DNA from: Hydrolagus colliei
Lineage: Eukaryota
Reading direction: 5' to 3'
Assembly (NCBI GenBank): GCA_035084275.1
Contig: CM068746.1
Span: 17,112,001 to 17,176,000 of the forward strand
DNA length: 64,000 nucleotides
Within the stretch, counting starts at the first letter, position 1. Each line of letters begins with the position of its first letter. Below are positions 51,001-62,731 of this stretch, in pieces. Below the pieces are notes generated by a model. The model was not told the DNA's origin, searched no databases, and saw only the letters and a program-made list of their open reading frames with translations. The position numbers and the translations under genes are program-made.

Positions 51001-53861
51001 TAAGATAAAGCTGATGAATAAAACAGTGACAGCTTGCGTTTATACAGTGCCCTTCCAGTGGGATGCTTAAAATAGCTACCAGAATTAGCACATCGATCCT
51101 GTTTGTCAATATTGCAAACCAGTCTCCAACCAGTCAGATCGCAAGGTAGCTTAACATGAAGCAAAGAAACTAGCCACAATGTGGCGGGCAAAGACTGCTG
51201 AAGTGACATATTAATCTATGGGTTTGCGAAGCAATTAAAATATTTATTAAAAGAATTAAAATGAATTGCGCTGACTTTATTAATGGCGTCGGAGATCCTT
51301 TTATAATTTCTCATTACCGCATGTTGACCTTGATAGTTCTCTGCAGTCTGAGCAGAATCTTAAACAATTGTTTGCTGCTGCTGTTTTGACCATGTCTGGA
51401 GCCTGTTCAGTATTCAAAAGACCTTCAATTAACGGAGTGTTTGAAGTTGCTATTGGAGCAAAATAACATGGTGTGTTTTCTCACACACATACACCCATCA
51501 ATTTTCTCCGCTTCTACCAACAATTCAGCTGGGGGCACTGGATTCTGAATGGCTGATTTCTTTGCCTCCCCCCGCCCGCCTCTCCCCACCCTTTACACTT
51601 CTCTAATGCAAGGTCCCAAGTGTTGCCTGAGCTTTGACACGTCCTATGAAAGATGCTTTATACATGTAAATAGTTGTTGAAGTCACTGATTGCTACTGAG
51701 GGTCAGTGGCATGGGTACACGTCACTGACTAGGATCTCATCCAAGTGGTCATTCTGCCCCCGTAAACCCAGACAATAGATATTGGCAGGTTATTCAACAG
51801 CCGGGAGCAAACACTGCACAGCCCAATTGTGTCCCTGCCTGTGAGTCGGATTCTGCGGCCAAACGTAGGTACTCAAAACTCTTGCTTGGTTGGCATCAAG
51901 TGGTTTCTAAAATGAGTCCAGTGTCTGTACGTCCCCTCATCGCTGACCTGTGGTGTATTTCCCTACTGGTCCCCCTGGTCCCAGAGGGCTCCTCGTATCA
52001 CAGCCCCTTTGCTCCATCGATCCCCGAAAGAAAGAAAGGAAACGCAACATCACCGAGCACTTGATTTAATCCCAGCAGAAATATTGTCGGGGCTTTTGTG
52101 GGTTAGTTATAACCATTATCGTGGAGTCCTGTAGCTCAGTGGTTAGAGCACTCGCCTTACAGGGGAGACCTGGGTTTATTTTCAGGTAGGGCGAAACCTT
52201 GGGCAGGTTTCCTTACTCTACACGCCTGATAATAATTCCTCGAGGGAAAAAAATAAATAAATTGGTCAATTCAATCCATGACTCTTTGTGGATACTGCGG
52301 TGCGTAATTGGCTGCTGCATTTCGCCCCCAGAATTTGGTCAATTCACTTTACAGTATATGCTGTGAAGCACTTTGAGACGTCTAGAAGACGTGATAAGGT
52401 GCTAATATCAAATGCAAGGATAATTATTTATTATAAATATCGTTTGAAATGTGATGAGCTGTGTCTTTGCTCAAATAGATAAAGTTGGTGCGCGTGAAAT
52501 AGATCTTTAGAAACTGCTGGTGGAACTTGAAGCTTCTGATTTGCCTTTGCAGGGTTGAATGAATTGAGTCTGTTCGTTTCTGCTCATCAAAACCTCAGGG
52601 CAGTGACTCCAAATCAGATGACTTCGTTGAACATCCCATATGTGATGGTGCCCATGCTTTGCCAACCATCGGTTCCCAACGTACCTTCGGCCGGAGGTGG
52701 CCTTCTGAGCCCTGGCCTAATGCATTTCAATCTTCAGAACCTCAGCCTGCTGCCTCAGCCCCAGCTTCTAATGGGAACAGTCTCGTCAACAGCCCCCACC
52801 ACTTGCTCCTCTTCACGAGACCAGCAGAGCCCCGCGTCCGACTCGTCTTCTCGGGAAAGCGTTCCCAGCAAAGTGGCCGCTGCAGTGTTGCAACCGGTCT
52901 CCGCGCTCAAAGTGCAGCAGCAGCAGGTATGAATCTTGACGGGAAAAGCGTTAAGCGAATGTAATTGTGTTGTTAGTGAATCTTCAACAGAACAAATATG
53001 GCCATTGTAAAGATCCGAAGCCGCAGTGCAGGAGACACCGCCGAGGCTGGCGAAGAAAGCGAGGGAGAAACCAGACAAAATACCAGTGGTTATGTAAACC
53101 TGAGCTTGAGAATGAATAGTTTGCGGGTCACGAGATACAGGGAGACCCACGAGCTGCGGATTGCCATGTTCCGAAAGTCCTGAGAGAGACTAAATCGGAA
53201 AAGGCGACAATTTTTTTTTTTTTTAAAAAGGGACGACGTGGAATCTCCTTCTGATTGGAAAGAAATCAGTCCAAAACAGTCAGGGACTAACTGACTGAGC
53301 TTTGATTTCCAACACCTCGTGTGAGCATCTGAATGTAAAATATCCTTTGATCAGTGCAAACACTAAAACTGATAATAATACATTGTCACTGCACTGCAGT
53401 AAAACCAGCGTAGCACTTTGAGATATTTTAGTGACACGATAAAGTTGTTTTATCAAATCAACCATTCTCATGATGTTATTAACTCAGTAGCAATAACTGA
53501 TTGTGTCAAGTGTAATCAGTTGTAGGCTGTACGTTAAGCAGTTGATTTATAAAGAAGCCTGTCTGGCTGGATTTCCATCTGGGGCCATTCAGTCATTCCT
53601 TTTAAGATGGACTGGAAATGAATGGTGTGTGGGCAAAGTAGGAGAATGGAAATTCGTTCTAACTGAGACTTGTGATTCTCTTTAATATATTTGCAGTCGT
53701 CTGTTCCATTGACTCCCAAGGGTGAACAGCCAACGCAGCTGGAGACTTTCTTCCACACGCCCGTCCCCACGATGCAAGTGAAAAAACCAGAGGGTGTGCA
53801 AGTGAAGATTCTGTCCTCAGCCCAGCGACGGCTAGAAATTGAGAATAGTGCCACAAAGTAA
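38920..53861 (+). CDS. E2F7: E2F transcription factor 7, full spliced CDS, 13 coding exons, 2958 nt / 985 aa
   Basis: Two E2F DNA-binding domains ([14 protein letters not shown]...[15 protein letters not shown]; [18 protein letters not shown]...[13 protein letters not shown]), [27 protein letters not shown]-terminal MECLKLKDL and C-terminal AQRRLEI match E2F7 better than E2F8. Exon lengths sum in frame. Confidence 0.95.
40125..40409 (+). CDS. E2F7: E2F7 coding exon 2 (ENMFTEP...SDVIQ)
   Basis: ttgttag acceptor, CAG|gtgtga donor, 285 nt, contains [14 protein letters not shown]. Confidence 0.95.
42203..42371 (+). CDS. E2F7: E2F7 coding exon 3, DBD1 N-half (FGAVDD...DEVATEL)
   Basis: ttttaag acceptor, A|gtgagt donor, 169 nt, [19 protein letters not shown]. 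Confidence 0.95.
42950..43252 (+). CDS. E2F7: E2F7 coding exon 4, DBD1 C-half ([16 protein letters not shown]...NDCRS)
   Basis: ttgacag acceptor, G|gtagga donor, 303 nt, phase 1-1. Confidence 0.95.
43889..44050 (+). CDS. E2F7: E2F7 coding exon 5, DBD2 N-half ([17 protein letters not shown]...SKFK)
   Basis: ttttttag acceptor, A|gtaagt donor, 162 nt. Confidence 0.95.
44371..44508 (+). CDS. E2F7: E2F7 coding exon 6, DBD2 C-half ([15 protein letters not shown]...KPAFKWLGP)
   Basis: ccttcag acceptor, G|gtaggt donor, 138 nt. Confidence 0.95.
44653..44962 (+). mobile_element. tRNA-derived SINE (E2F7 intron)
   Basis: Family consensus, internal 18-bp duplication. Confidence 0.9.
45648..45836 (+). 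CDS. E2F7: E2F7 coding exon 7 (IQKVV...FARHASF...[11 protein letters not shown])
   Basis: tataaag acceptor, G|gtaagt donor, 189 nt, ARHASF and SAPCSP motifs shared with E2F7/8. Confidence 0.88.
46337..46418 (+). CDS. E2F7: E2F7 coding exon 8 ([26 protein letters not shown])
   Basis: cctccag acceptor, GT|gtaagt donor, 82 nt, phase 1-2; KMAQLAAVC resembles the E2F7/8 conserved helix. Confidence 0.88.
46693..47269 (+). CDS. E2F7: E2F7 coding exon 9 (NSQPRPE...STLVK)
   Basis: tcttacag acceptor, AAG|gtgtgt donor, 577 nt, phase 2-0, open throughout. Confidence 0.85.
47925..48230 (+). mobile_element. tRNA-derived SINE (E2F7 intron)
   Basis: GGTTCGATTCC B box, family consensus. Confidence 0.9.
48323..48601 (+). 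CDS. E2F7: E2F7 coding exon 10 (GPFTQQ...EGNQE)
   Basis: long pyrimidine tract plus ttttcag acceptor, GAG|gtaagt donor, 279 nt open, phase 0-0. Confidence 0.75.
48931..49238 (+). mobile_element. tRNA-derived SINE (E2F7 intron)
   Basis: Family consensus. Confidence 0.9.
49950..50088 (+). CDS. E2F7: E2F7 coding exon 11 (YPIKSG...[10 protein letters not shown])
   Basis: ctcttaag acceptor, A|gtgagt donor, 139 nt, phase 0-1; QYL motif. Confidence 0.82.
52123..52433 (+). mobile_element. tRNA-derived SINE (E2F7 intron)
   Basis: Family consensus. Confidence 0.9.
52553..52926 (+). CDS. E2F7: E2F7 coding exon 12 (LNELSLFV...KVQQQQ)
   Basis: ctttgcag acceptor, CAG|gtatga donor, 374 nt, phase 1-0. 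Confidence 0.88.
53697..53861 (+). CDS. E2F7: E2F7 last coding exon (SSVPLTPK...ETFFHTP...[13 protein letters not shown])
   Basis: atttgcag acceptor, TAA at 53859-53861, conserved TPK / FFxTP / QRRLEI. Confidence 0.93.
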   Translation, partial: SSVPLTPKGEQPTQLETFFHTPVPTMQVKKPEGVQVKILSSAQRRLEIENSATK

Positions 53862-56800
53862 TACGTTGTACACGGCATTTTAACAGATTAATGTTATTCT
53901 CGGTAAATATTGAGTGTATTTGGCAATTATCCAATCGATTGATGGTGTCAATTGCCACAGATTACTTTTGACTGTACTGTGTATCCGTGGTTGTTTACAA
54001 ATTCATTGCACACCGAACCATTCGTTAGTAATCGATCGTTTTGATGCGGTGGATGAACAACAAAGCACTGAGTTGTGTTTTTTAATCCCTTCCCCTTTCA
54101 GTCTGTATATGGGAGAGGTTTTGTATTGTGTTACATGTTAATATATTCGTGTGACAAATTTTGAAATATGCTTGAAATTGCAAACTAGGAAATGTTTTAT
54201 GGAGCCAAAAAAAGAGACATCCTTTGGTGACTTTTAGGACCAAGGGCATTGTGGAAGTTATAGAGATCAAGGGAATTGGCGAGCTGAATGCCCGCCCACA
54301 TACCTGGCCATTAGCTGTTGGAAGTGGAGAATGCTTTGCTGCATACTGTTTCCATTTCCATTCGCCTTACAATCCAAACCATATGTGGCAAAAGGTGGGT
54401 ACTTTCTGACCACACATGTATTTACACCAGCAGCTGAAGTGCCCCAAGGAACTGACACAACAGAAATTGGATGTTGATAACGTGAAAATAATCTTGAATG
54501 ATTGCAAAGTACTGTGATGTATCTGCGTGTTAAGCTGCAGCTCTGACCAGGCTAGTTTACATACAATACAAAATTACATTTATAAAGTGCCTTTCTTGTC
54601 AGGAGGATGTCCCAGGGTGCTGAACAGTCAGGCATTAGGATCTGAGCGGATGCCTAAAATAGCCGGCTGTTGGAATGATTAGGGCAAAAGGGTTGATTCT
54701 TTTTTAAATATCCATTCTGTGGTAAACAATATAGGAGTGACCCATAAAAATACTTTGCCAAATCCAGTCAGGGGTTCAGTTTTGCATGTTGTCTAACCTC
54801 TGCCTGCATTGTAAGATTATCCGTAAGCACAGTACAGTATTCTGAGTTTCAGAATGTGTATGAAGACTGAGAACAACTTCCATGGAGTTAACTTGAGGCG
54901 TGACTTGTTTTCCTCCCCAGTGAGATATTCCACCTGGACGAGATTAGTCTAAACTGAAGTCATTTTTCTATAATTCCTTAAAATAACTCAAGAAATCCGG
55001 CTTCACTATTAATGCATTTTTAGGTATTTACTAAATTCTGGATGCTCTAAAATGCTAGAGAAATAGAATAAATCCAAATACATCCCTGGACTGCTATTAA
55101 GCATTACACGGTAATTTTTGCACTTGTGCTAAATGAGATTTGTGAGTCTTTTTAAAAAAAAAAAAAAAAATCACCTTTCTGGTTATGTCTTTGTTCTATG
55201 TGGATGGTGGCTTCATGGTTTAATATGCATTATAAAGCCAAGAAAAATTTATTAGGTTTGAAAACGTTCTATTCAATTAAGTCCACCTGTAACTTTCTTT
55301 ACTAAACTTCAGAAAGCAAAATGCTGAACTGATTGATCAATGTTGCTGAATACAGAAATCAATGGAATCTCGTATAGTTGTTGCTGGTGTATTTAGGTGA
55401 AACCAGATTCTCAGATGAAACTTGTTCTTTCTTGAGTTGAATATATATATACATATATATATATATAAAATGAATGTACCAACTCAAAGTGAATTTTCAC
55501 AGTGGGATGTTTTTAGATCGTAAGTCACATGTAAATCTGTGAGTGGGGGAGAGGTGAAACAACTGGGTGCTGAAATAGAACTTCTTTAAAAAATATATTT
55601 AAAAAGTATTTTTAGGAGGATAGTTGTTGAGCCTGAATGGAGGGATGAACTCTACAGGAGGTGGAATTCCTGACTATTCTGTTTTTTCCTTCCGCTCCTC
55701 AAAAAAACCTACTTGACTAATAACTGATCTGCACTTATTTATGAAGTAAATATCACCAGTGTTCAACTGTTCAAAGGAATATTTATCTATCAGGAGTGAT
55801 TAATTTAATCTGTAACTCGCTATTCAGTGCCACAGTCAACAAATGGTTTACACTTATATTTTGGGCGGCTTTGAAAAGTGAGGTACATAATGGGTCATGT
55901 ACCCCAATATTTTGAGTAATAACTTCACAAATTTGGTTGTTGTTTAATGAAATTCTCCTGTAATGTTACTATTTGATTACTCTGGATATATTGTAGTCGG
56001 ATGGCTTGGTGGATAAATAAACCTGGTTTACAGTAAGAAACTACAGATCAGTTTAGTCCCTAGTGTCAGTTCCTAGTGTATGTTTGAAGCTTCAAGCAGC
56101 AGTGGCAACACTACAGCTGGAGTTAATGTGCCAGGATAAGAGAGGGCTGACACCAGTCAAGGGGTGGGGTTGAGGTGGTGGGGGGCAGACAATGAAACCA
56201 GCAAGAGGAGAAATTCCACCCGGGCCCTACATTTATTTATTCTTTGTGTAGCGTGTTTGTGTGGGGAATTTGGAACAAATATTGAATTTTCAGTCTTAAC
56301 TTTCCAGTTGGTGTTCTGCTGTCCACAAAAGAAACATGTAGGAAATCAACATTAAAATTAAGATTATTTAAGGATGTGCCAAATTCTGGACGCCCCCAAA
56401 TCTGAAATCAGAGTAAATCTAGCCCTAAGTGGAATTTCTACCCCCCCAAACAATCTCCTGTCTCTTGTGGTTATGTAGTTGGTCAAACAAAATCAAGCCG
56501 ATATGTCTTTAAAATTCCAGTTCTTGCAGCTATTCCTGAAAGGATTTCTTTGGTTAGAGGGGAAATCCATTCCGTGGCGTTGGTTCATTCAAAGAATTCC
56601 AAACCATCAATATGATACTTGACATTTTACAGCTTATTTACATACCTTGTATGTTGTAACTGTTACAACTATGGTGCTAATCTTGTATTTAAAATGCTGG
56701 ATTTTTAAAATGTAATGCTGCTTACCTGCAAAGTATATACTTGCACTGCTAGTTTGCTGAAGTTAGCTTTTTAACCTTCATATTGCTGCTTTTGGGGGAT

Positions 56801-56995
56801 GTCACCTGCTTTAGCAATCAGGTTTAAACAGGGATCTACTTGTAGAAACAATAGTTGGGTGATTTGTAGTACAGTACTGTAAAGCTACTTGCATACAGAT
56901 TATGATTTTTTTGTTATGTGGGAAAATACATTTGATTTCTGCTTAAATTAATTCACTCAAGTGGTTCAATAAAAAGTACGAGAACAAATTTATTT
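53862..56995 (+). other. E2F7: Probable E2F7 3'UTR to distal poly(A) signal
   Basis: Largely repeat-poor U-rich sequence; AATAAA at 55067, 56016 and 56968; miRNA seed cluster just before the last. Confidence 0.5.
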
Positions 56996-57621
56996 GACTG
57001 CTTGATCTAACTCAATTCATTACCTTCTCCCTCAGCTAATTAATTGCAGTAAAAGGTTCATTTTTAATCCAATTTAAAAGGCTAATCCTGTCCAGAAGAT
57101 GGGTGTCCCAGATGATAGTTAATGAAAAGTGATCTTGATTTCATAAAATCGAACCCATAAAAGCCATCAGATTAACCTATAAATGTTACTTCCGTCAAAT
57201 GTGTCTTTTTGTAGGCAGCCAAATCACATTAACAAGTTCTAAACAGCTGTGAAATAAATGATCCATTGATCTGGAGAATTGGTGGTCAGCACAAGGGGGA
57301 GAAACACATTTGTTTATAGTGTCGCGGGATGCTTAAGATTCAATTAAACAGGCAGATGATTAATACTTCATCCAAGAAGACACCCGTTCAGTTTCCACTT
57401 TAAAACGTGTATATTCAAGGCGCTTAACAAGTACAATAAATGTTTTGTGGATTGACATTGTGAGAGTGGGCAAACTACCCCTAAATTCTACGCCTCCGCT
57501 CCAAACACTTTCCATTTTTAGTTAGTAATATTAAATATACTCATTATCCAGAAGCAGTGCTCAACCTTTTGTAATGGATAAAAATGAGAAATGACAGTGC
57601 AGATATAAATGGTCTCATAAA

Positions 57622-58856
57622 ACAGTCGATCACACCATCCTCCTTCAACGTCTTTCCTCCCACCTCAACCTTCAAGGCACAGTCCTTGACTGGTTCCATT
57701 CTTATTTGACCCACCGTTTACATTTTGTTTCTTCCAACGGTTTTTCTTCAAACCCCCGCACAGTTTCTCACGGCGTTCCTCAGGGCTCTGTCCTCGGTCC
57801 CCTCCTTTTCACCCTTTACACGCTCCCTCTGGGCGACGTCATCCGCAAACATGGGGTAAATTTCCACATGTATGCGGACGACACCCAATTGTACCTTTCT
57901 GCCTCATCCCTCAACCCCCAGACGATCGATGTTCTGACAGCATATCTGTCCGACATCGAGTCCTGGACGAGGGACAACTTTTTGCAATTGAACGTGAGTA
58001 AGACCGAGGCCCTCCTGATTGGTTCAAGCCAGCGCCTCCGCACATCGGGCGCTGCCAGCCTCAATATCCAAGGCTACACTCTCCACCTCACAAAGCCAAT
58101 CAGGAACCTTGACATCATGTTCGATCAAAAACTTTCCTTCCTCCCCCACATCCGCGCCTTGACCGGCACCACTTATTTCCACCTGCGCAACATTGCCAGG
58201 CTCCGCAACTATCTTACCCCCCACGCTGCCGAAACACTCGTGCACGCGTACATCACCTCAAGGCTGGACTACGGAAACTCTCTCCTCGTCGGCCTCCCCA
58301 GTTCCTCCATTCACAGGCTGCAGGCCATCCAAAACTCTGCAGCCGTGTACTATCCCGCACCCGCCTCCGCGACCGCATAACCCCCACCCTCGCCCGTCTC
58401 CACTGGCTCCCCATCCTCCAGAGGATCGAGTTCAAGATCCTCGTCCTCACCTACAAGGCCTTACACGGCCTTGCCCCGCCCTATTTAACCAATCTACTTT
58501 CCCCCTACAAGCCCACCCGGACCCTCTGTTCAACAGGACTTGGCCTGCTCCAAGCCCCCCGCCCGAACCGCCCCACCATCGGTGGCCGGGCCTTCAGTTT
58601 CTCCGCTCCCACCCTATGGAATGCCATCCCTCAATCCCTCCATTTCGTTTCTTCCCTTTCCTCTTTCAAGGCCGGTTTGAAGATTTTCTTCGATCGTGCC
58701 TTTTGTTCCACCCCGAACGTTTTTACCTCCCCTTCGTGTTTCACCCCTTCCCAAACACTCCCCTCTCAGCTCGGGTCACACGCCTCCTGTGCAGCGCCTT
58801 GGGACGTCCTCCCGACGTGAAAGGCGCTCTATAAATGTAATTTGTTGTTGTTGTTG
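57622..58856 (+). mobile_element. 5'-truncated L2 LINE: RT C-terminal part plus 3' tail
   Basis: [31 protein letters not shown], 1-nt frameshift near 58344, then HWLP/RAFS/LWN; (TTG)n tail. Confidence 0.93.
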
Positions 58857-60049
58857 TCTCATCTATCAGTTCTACTGTAGGTGGAAACTTCACATTGGAA
58901 TTGATGGATTCCTGAAGTTAAACACAAATTGATGTTTCAACAATCAAAAATCTAGTTCCAATGTCGGAATAGAAAGGTGGATGATATGGTTTCAGGTGTG
59001 AGATTGAAGGGTTTGTATTTTGGACTGTAATTGCTAACAGGAGAACTGAGAACAACATATTAGTTTCCAAAGTAAACTGCATTCACATGTCCCAGTAAAT
59101 CAGCTTCTGTGTCAGTACAGGAAATCAGATTGGTGCAGCTTCAATGAAATAAGAATTAAGGGAGCTGTCACATAAGGAGCTGAATGATGTCTGACCTGAA
59201 GATAATGAGGAAACACTGAGAAAACGATGCTGGGTTGACCAGTTCATCAATAGCAAAGGGAATAAATTTCACATCATTCAAGGAATGTGTGGCACGGGAG
59301 ATCAAACGAGGCCCAAGAAAACATCCACTTGACAAAACGCAATTTAAATCTTGAATGAAGCAATACAATTTACATTGATAGAAAGCCTGTCACAGTGGGA
59401 GGGTGTCTTAAAGTACTACTCACAGTCAGTGTACCTGGGCTGAGAGGGATGGCAATGGGAAAGATGACCAAAAGCACGCCAGAAGGGGGACATTTTAAGT
59501 CAGGGAACGAGTCAGAGGTACTCCAGCATGCAATTGCAGAGAGCAAGTGCAGAATGGCTGGAAGCATTGTTGGGACATGAAGTAAGGTAATGTTTGTTCA
59601 GCAATGCTTTTCCTCTGCATTTCACGGCAAAGCCTGGACCATGGCTCATTGAAGTTCAGTGGGTACTACCCTTTTTTCTCCACATGGTGGAGACAGCTTT
59701 TTTTTACTTGAAACGCTTTTATTATTTTTGGGGGGTGATTGAATGTTTACATACACTCACTAAACAATTTAGGCTTCTTCACTCGGTGGAATGGTGTGCT
59801 TTTTAAAAAAACCTAATAAAAAAAACTGATGTTAATTCTATTTCGGTTGCACAACTGATTAGAAACACTTAAACAAGAGTCGTGATACAATGACATTATC
59901 GTTTGGATTTTCAAAACTTCAATTATTTTCCATTTATCAATCTAAAAGGAAATACTTGTGCAGAAGATTCCTCCTTTTTGTTTCAGTGAAACTGGTTGAA
60001 TCCAGACTCGCCCTCTCCTTTCCCATTTTCAGGTCACAGCTAAAGACCT

Positions 60050-60315
60050 CCTGTGCTCCTGTGGCTCAGTGGTTAGAGCACTTGACTTGCAAGCTGGGGA
60101 AACCAAGCTGGGGAGACCTGTGTTCGAATCCAGGCAGGTCAGGGCGAAACCTTGGGCAAGTTTCCTTACTCCACACGCCTAATAATAATCCCTGCAAAAA
60201 AAACGATTCGCCCACAAATATATAGTCAATTTCACTTTACAGCATATTCTGTGAAGCGTTTGGGACATTGATAAGATGTGGAAAGCGCTATATCAAATGC
60301 AAGGATTATTATTAT
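60050..60315 (+). mobile_element. tRNA-derived SINE inserted in an L2 3' fragment (~60010-60455)
   Basis: 9-bp TSD TAAAGACCT at 60041-60049 and 60316-60324. Confidence 0.9.
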
Positions 60316-60499
60316 TAAAGACCTTTCTTTTCGACCGTGCTTTTAGTCACCTTTTTCCACCTCCCCCTGGCTCGGCCCCGGGATCCGTTATTGTGAAGCG
60401 CTCTGAGATGCCATCCGGCGTGGAAGGCGCTATATAAATCCAAGTTGTTGTTGTTACAGGGAGAGTATCAGAAACGGGGAAAAAAAATAAAGTAGAACC

Positions 60500-61378
60500 T
60501 CAAAAGTAGTAAATGGTGACGAGGATAGTGCCAGACTGCAAGAGGACATAGACAGAATGGTAAAATGAGCAGACACATGGCAGATGAAGTTTAATGTGGA
60601 GAAATGTGAGGTGATGCATTTTGGGAGGAAGAATAAGGAGAATATAGGCTAGATAGTACAATTTTAAGGGGGTGAAGGAACAGAGAGACCTGGGGTTAAT
60701 GTAAGTAAATCTTTGATGGTGGCAGGACAGGTAGATAAGACTATTAAAAAAGCATACAGAATACTCTACTGAACTATAAATAGGGGCATAGAGAACAAAC
60801 ATCAGGAAGTTATGATTAACCTGTATAAAATGCTGGTTAGGCCTCAGCTAGAGTACTGTGTTCAGTTCTGGGCACCACACTTCAGAAAGGATGTTAAGGC
60901 ATTGGAGGAGACTTGCCAGGATGGTACCAGGAATGAAGGACTTTGTTTATGAGAAAAGGCTAGCGAAGCTAGGATTATTTTCATTGGAGTAGAGAAGGTT
61001 ACGAGGAGACCTAATAGAGGTTTTCAAAATCATGAGGGGACTTGATAAGGTAAACAGGAAAAAAGTGTTTCCACCGGTGAGTGTATCAGTGATTCGAGGT
61101 CACAAATTTAAAATAGTATGTAAAAGCAGAGGGGAGCTGAGGAGAAATTTTTTCACACAAGTTGTTCGATTCTGGACGGCATTACTTGAAAGGTGGAGGC
61201 CGATTCGATAACAACTTTTAAAAGAGAGGTGATGGTTATTTGGGGAGGACACGTTGTGGGGTTATGGGGTGAGAGCTGGGGAGTGGGATTGACTTTGAAT
61301 AGCAATTTTCAAAGAGCTGGCACAGACTTGATGGGCCGAATGGCCTCCTTTTGTGCTGTACAATTCTATGATTCTGTG
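60500..61378 (+). mobile_element. CR1 LINE 3' fragment, degenerate
   Basis: WQMKFNVEKCEVMHFG, LVRPQLEYCVQFWAP, RLRGDLIEVFKIM; ATTCTATGATTCTGTG tail. Confidence 0.9.
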
Positions 61379-61439
61379 AAGTTTGAAAATCCTATTGCTG
61401 TGGTAAAAGTGATATCAAATTCAAGGATAATTATCATTA

Positions 61440-61757
61440 TAATAAATAATAATCCTTGCATTTGATATAACGCTTTCCACATTTTATCGATGTCTCAAAG
61501 CGCTTCACAAAATATACTGTAAAGTGAATTGACTGTATATTTGTGTGAGAAACGTGGCAGCCAATTACGCACAGCAGTGTCCCACAAAGTCATGGATTGA
61601 AAATAACCAATTTTTATAATTGCGGGGGTTTTTCACAGATTATTATCAGACATGTGGAAGTAAGGAAACTTGCCCAAGATTTCGCCCTGATCTGCCTGGA
61701 TTCGAACACAAGTCTCACGCTTGTAAGGCGAGTGCTCTAACCACTGAGCAACAGGGG
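61440..61757 (-). mobile_element. tRNA-derived SINE
   Basis: Family consensus on the minus strand. Confidence 0.9.
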
Positions 61758-62431
61758 AAAGGACCTCTTGTGACCTCCTGCTGAATTCTTTCCAAGTTTG
61801 AAGAAAGTACCTCACAGGATACTTTTATACGTCACTATACATAGACCCTATCACTGGAATGGACGAATGGCCCTTTAGTTAACTTACTTAAGGCTCTGGC
61901 CATTTACTCTTATGTGACAAAAGTGACATCTGCGCTCTAAGACGCTACCCTGTGTGGAGGGCACTAAATAAGTGCAAGTTATTGTTGTGTCCATCCTCTA
62001 TCATAATAAAAGGAGAACCATGCTGCAACCTTGTATTGTCTTTCATTCTTAACATGTAGCCAAGTCTATTGGTGCCATGTCTTACATTAAAAGTGAAAGT
62101 GGTGTGATAGTTGCGCTTGCACTTGATATAGCACATTATCGGGTCTTCCGAGAATTCTCAAAGCACTTCAGAGAATGCACCATGAATTGGATTGACTGTA
62201 TATTTTTGCGGTTGAGATGTGAGCAAGACTTTGCTCCTTGTACTAGAAAGTGCCTTTTGTTACACAGTAACCATGCATTTCCTTTGATTATTTATTAACA
62301 TATATATTTCCAATACTCTCTGGGATTGAGGAGGCCAGAGAGGTAAGTACGCTCTCCTTGAAGTCGAGCTGAATAGAAGTTGATGTGTTTGGTCTTGGTA
62401 GTCCAGTTCCTGAGTGTCTGGTGCTGCTGCT

Positions 62432-62731
62432 GGAGTCCTGTAGCTCAGTGGTTAAAGCGATCGCCTTACAAGCGTGAGACCTGAGTACGATTCCAGGCAG
62501 GGCAAAGCCTTGGGCAAATTTCCTTTCTCCACAGGCCTAATAATAATCCCTTAAAATTGGTCATTTCAATCCACGACTGTTTGTGGGACACTGTTGTGCG
62601 CAATTGGCTGCCGTGTTTCACCTACAAATATACAGTAAATTCACTTTACTGTATATTCTGTGAAGCGCTTTGAGACGTTTATATAAATGACATGAAAGGC
62701 ACTATATTAAAGGCAAGGATTATTATTATTA
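62432..62731 (+). mobile_element. tRNA-derived SINE
   Basis: Family consensus. Confidence 0.9.

Noticed and set aside
57706-58380. 224-aa reverse transcriptase ORF as a functional or domesticated gene
   Set aside because: 5'-truncated L2 with a frameshift near 58344.
59160-59585. Exon-like sequence ending in GAA|GTAAGG, and coding-like frames at 62760-63020
   Set aside because: Stops interrupt the frames examined and no known protein is recognisable.
62432-62505. tRNA-like sequence with CTTACAA loop (TAC anticodon-like), also in the other copies
   Set aside because: SINE heads followed by SINE body and L2-like tail, not tRNA genes.
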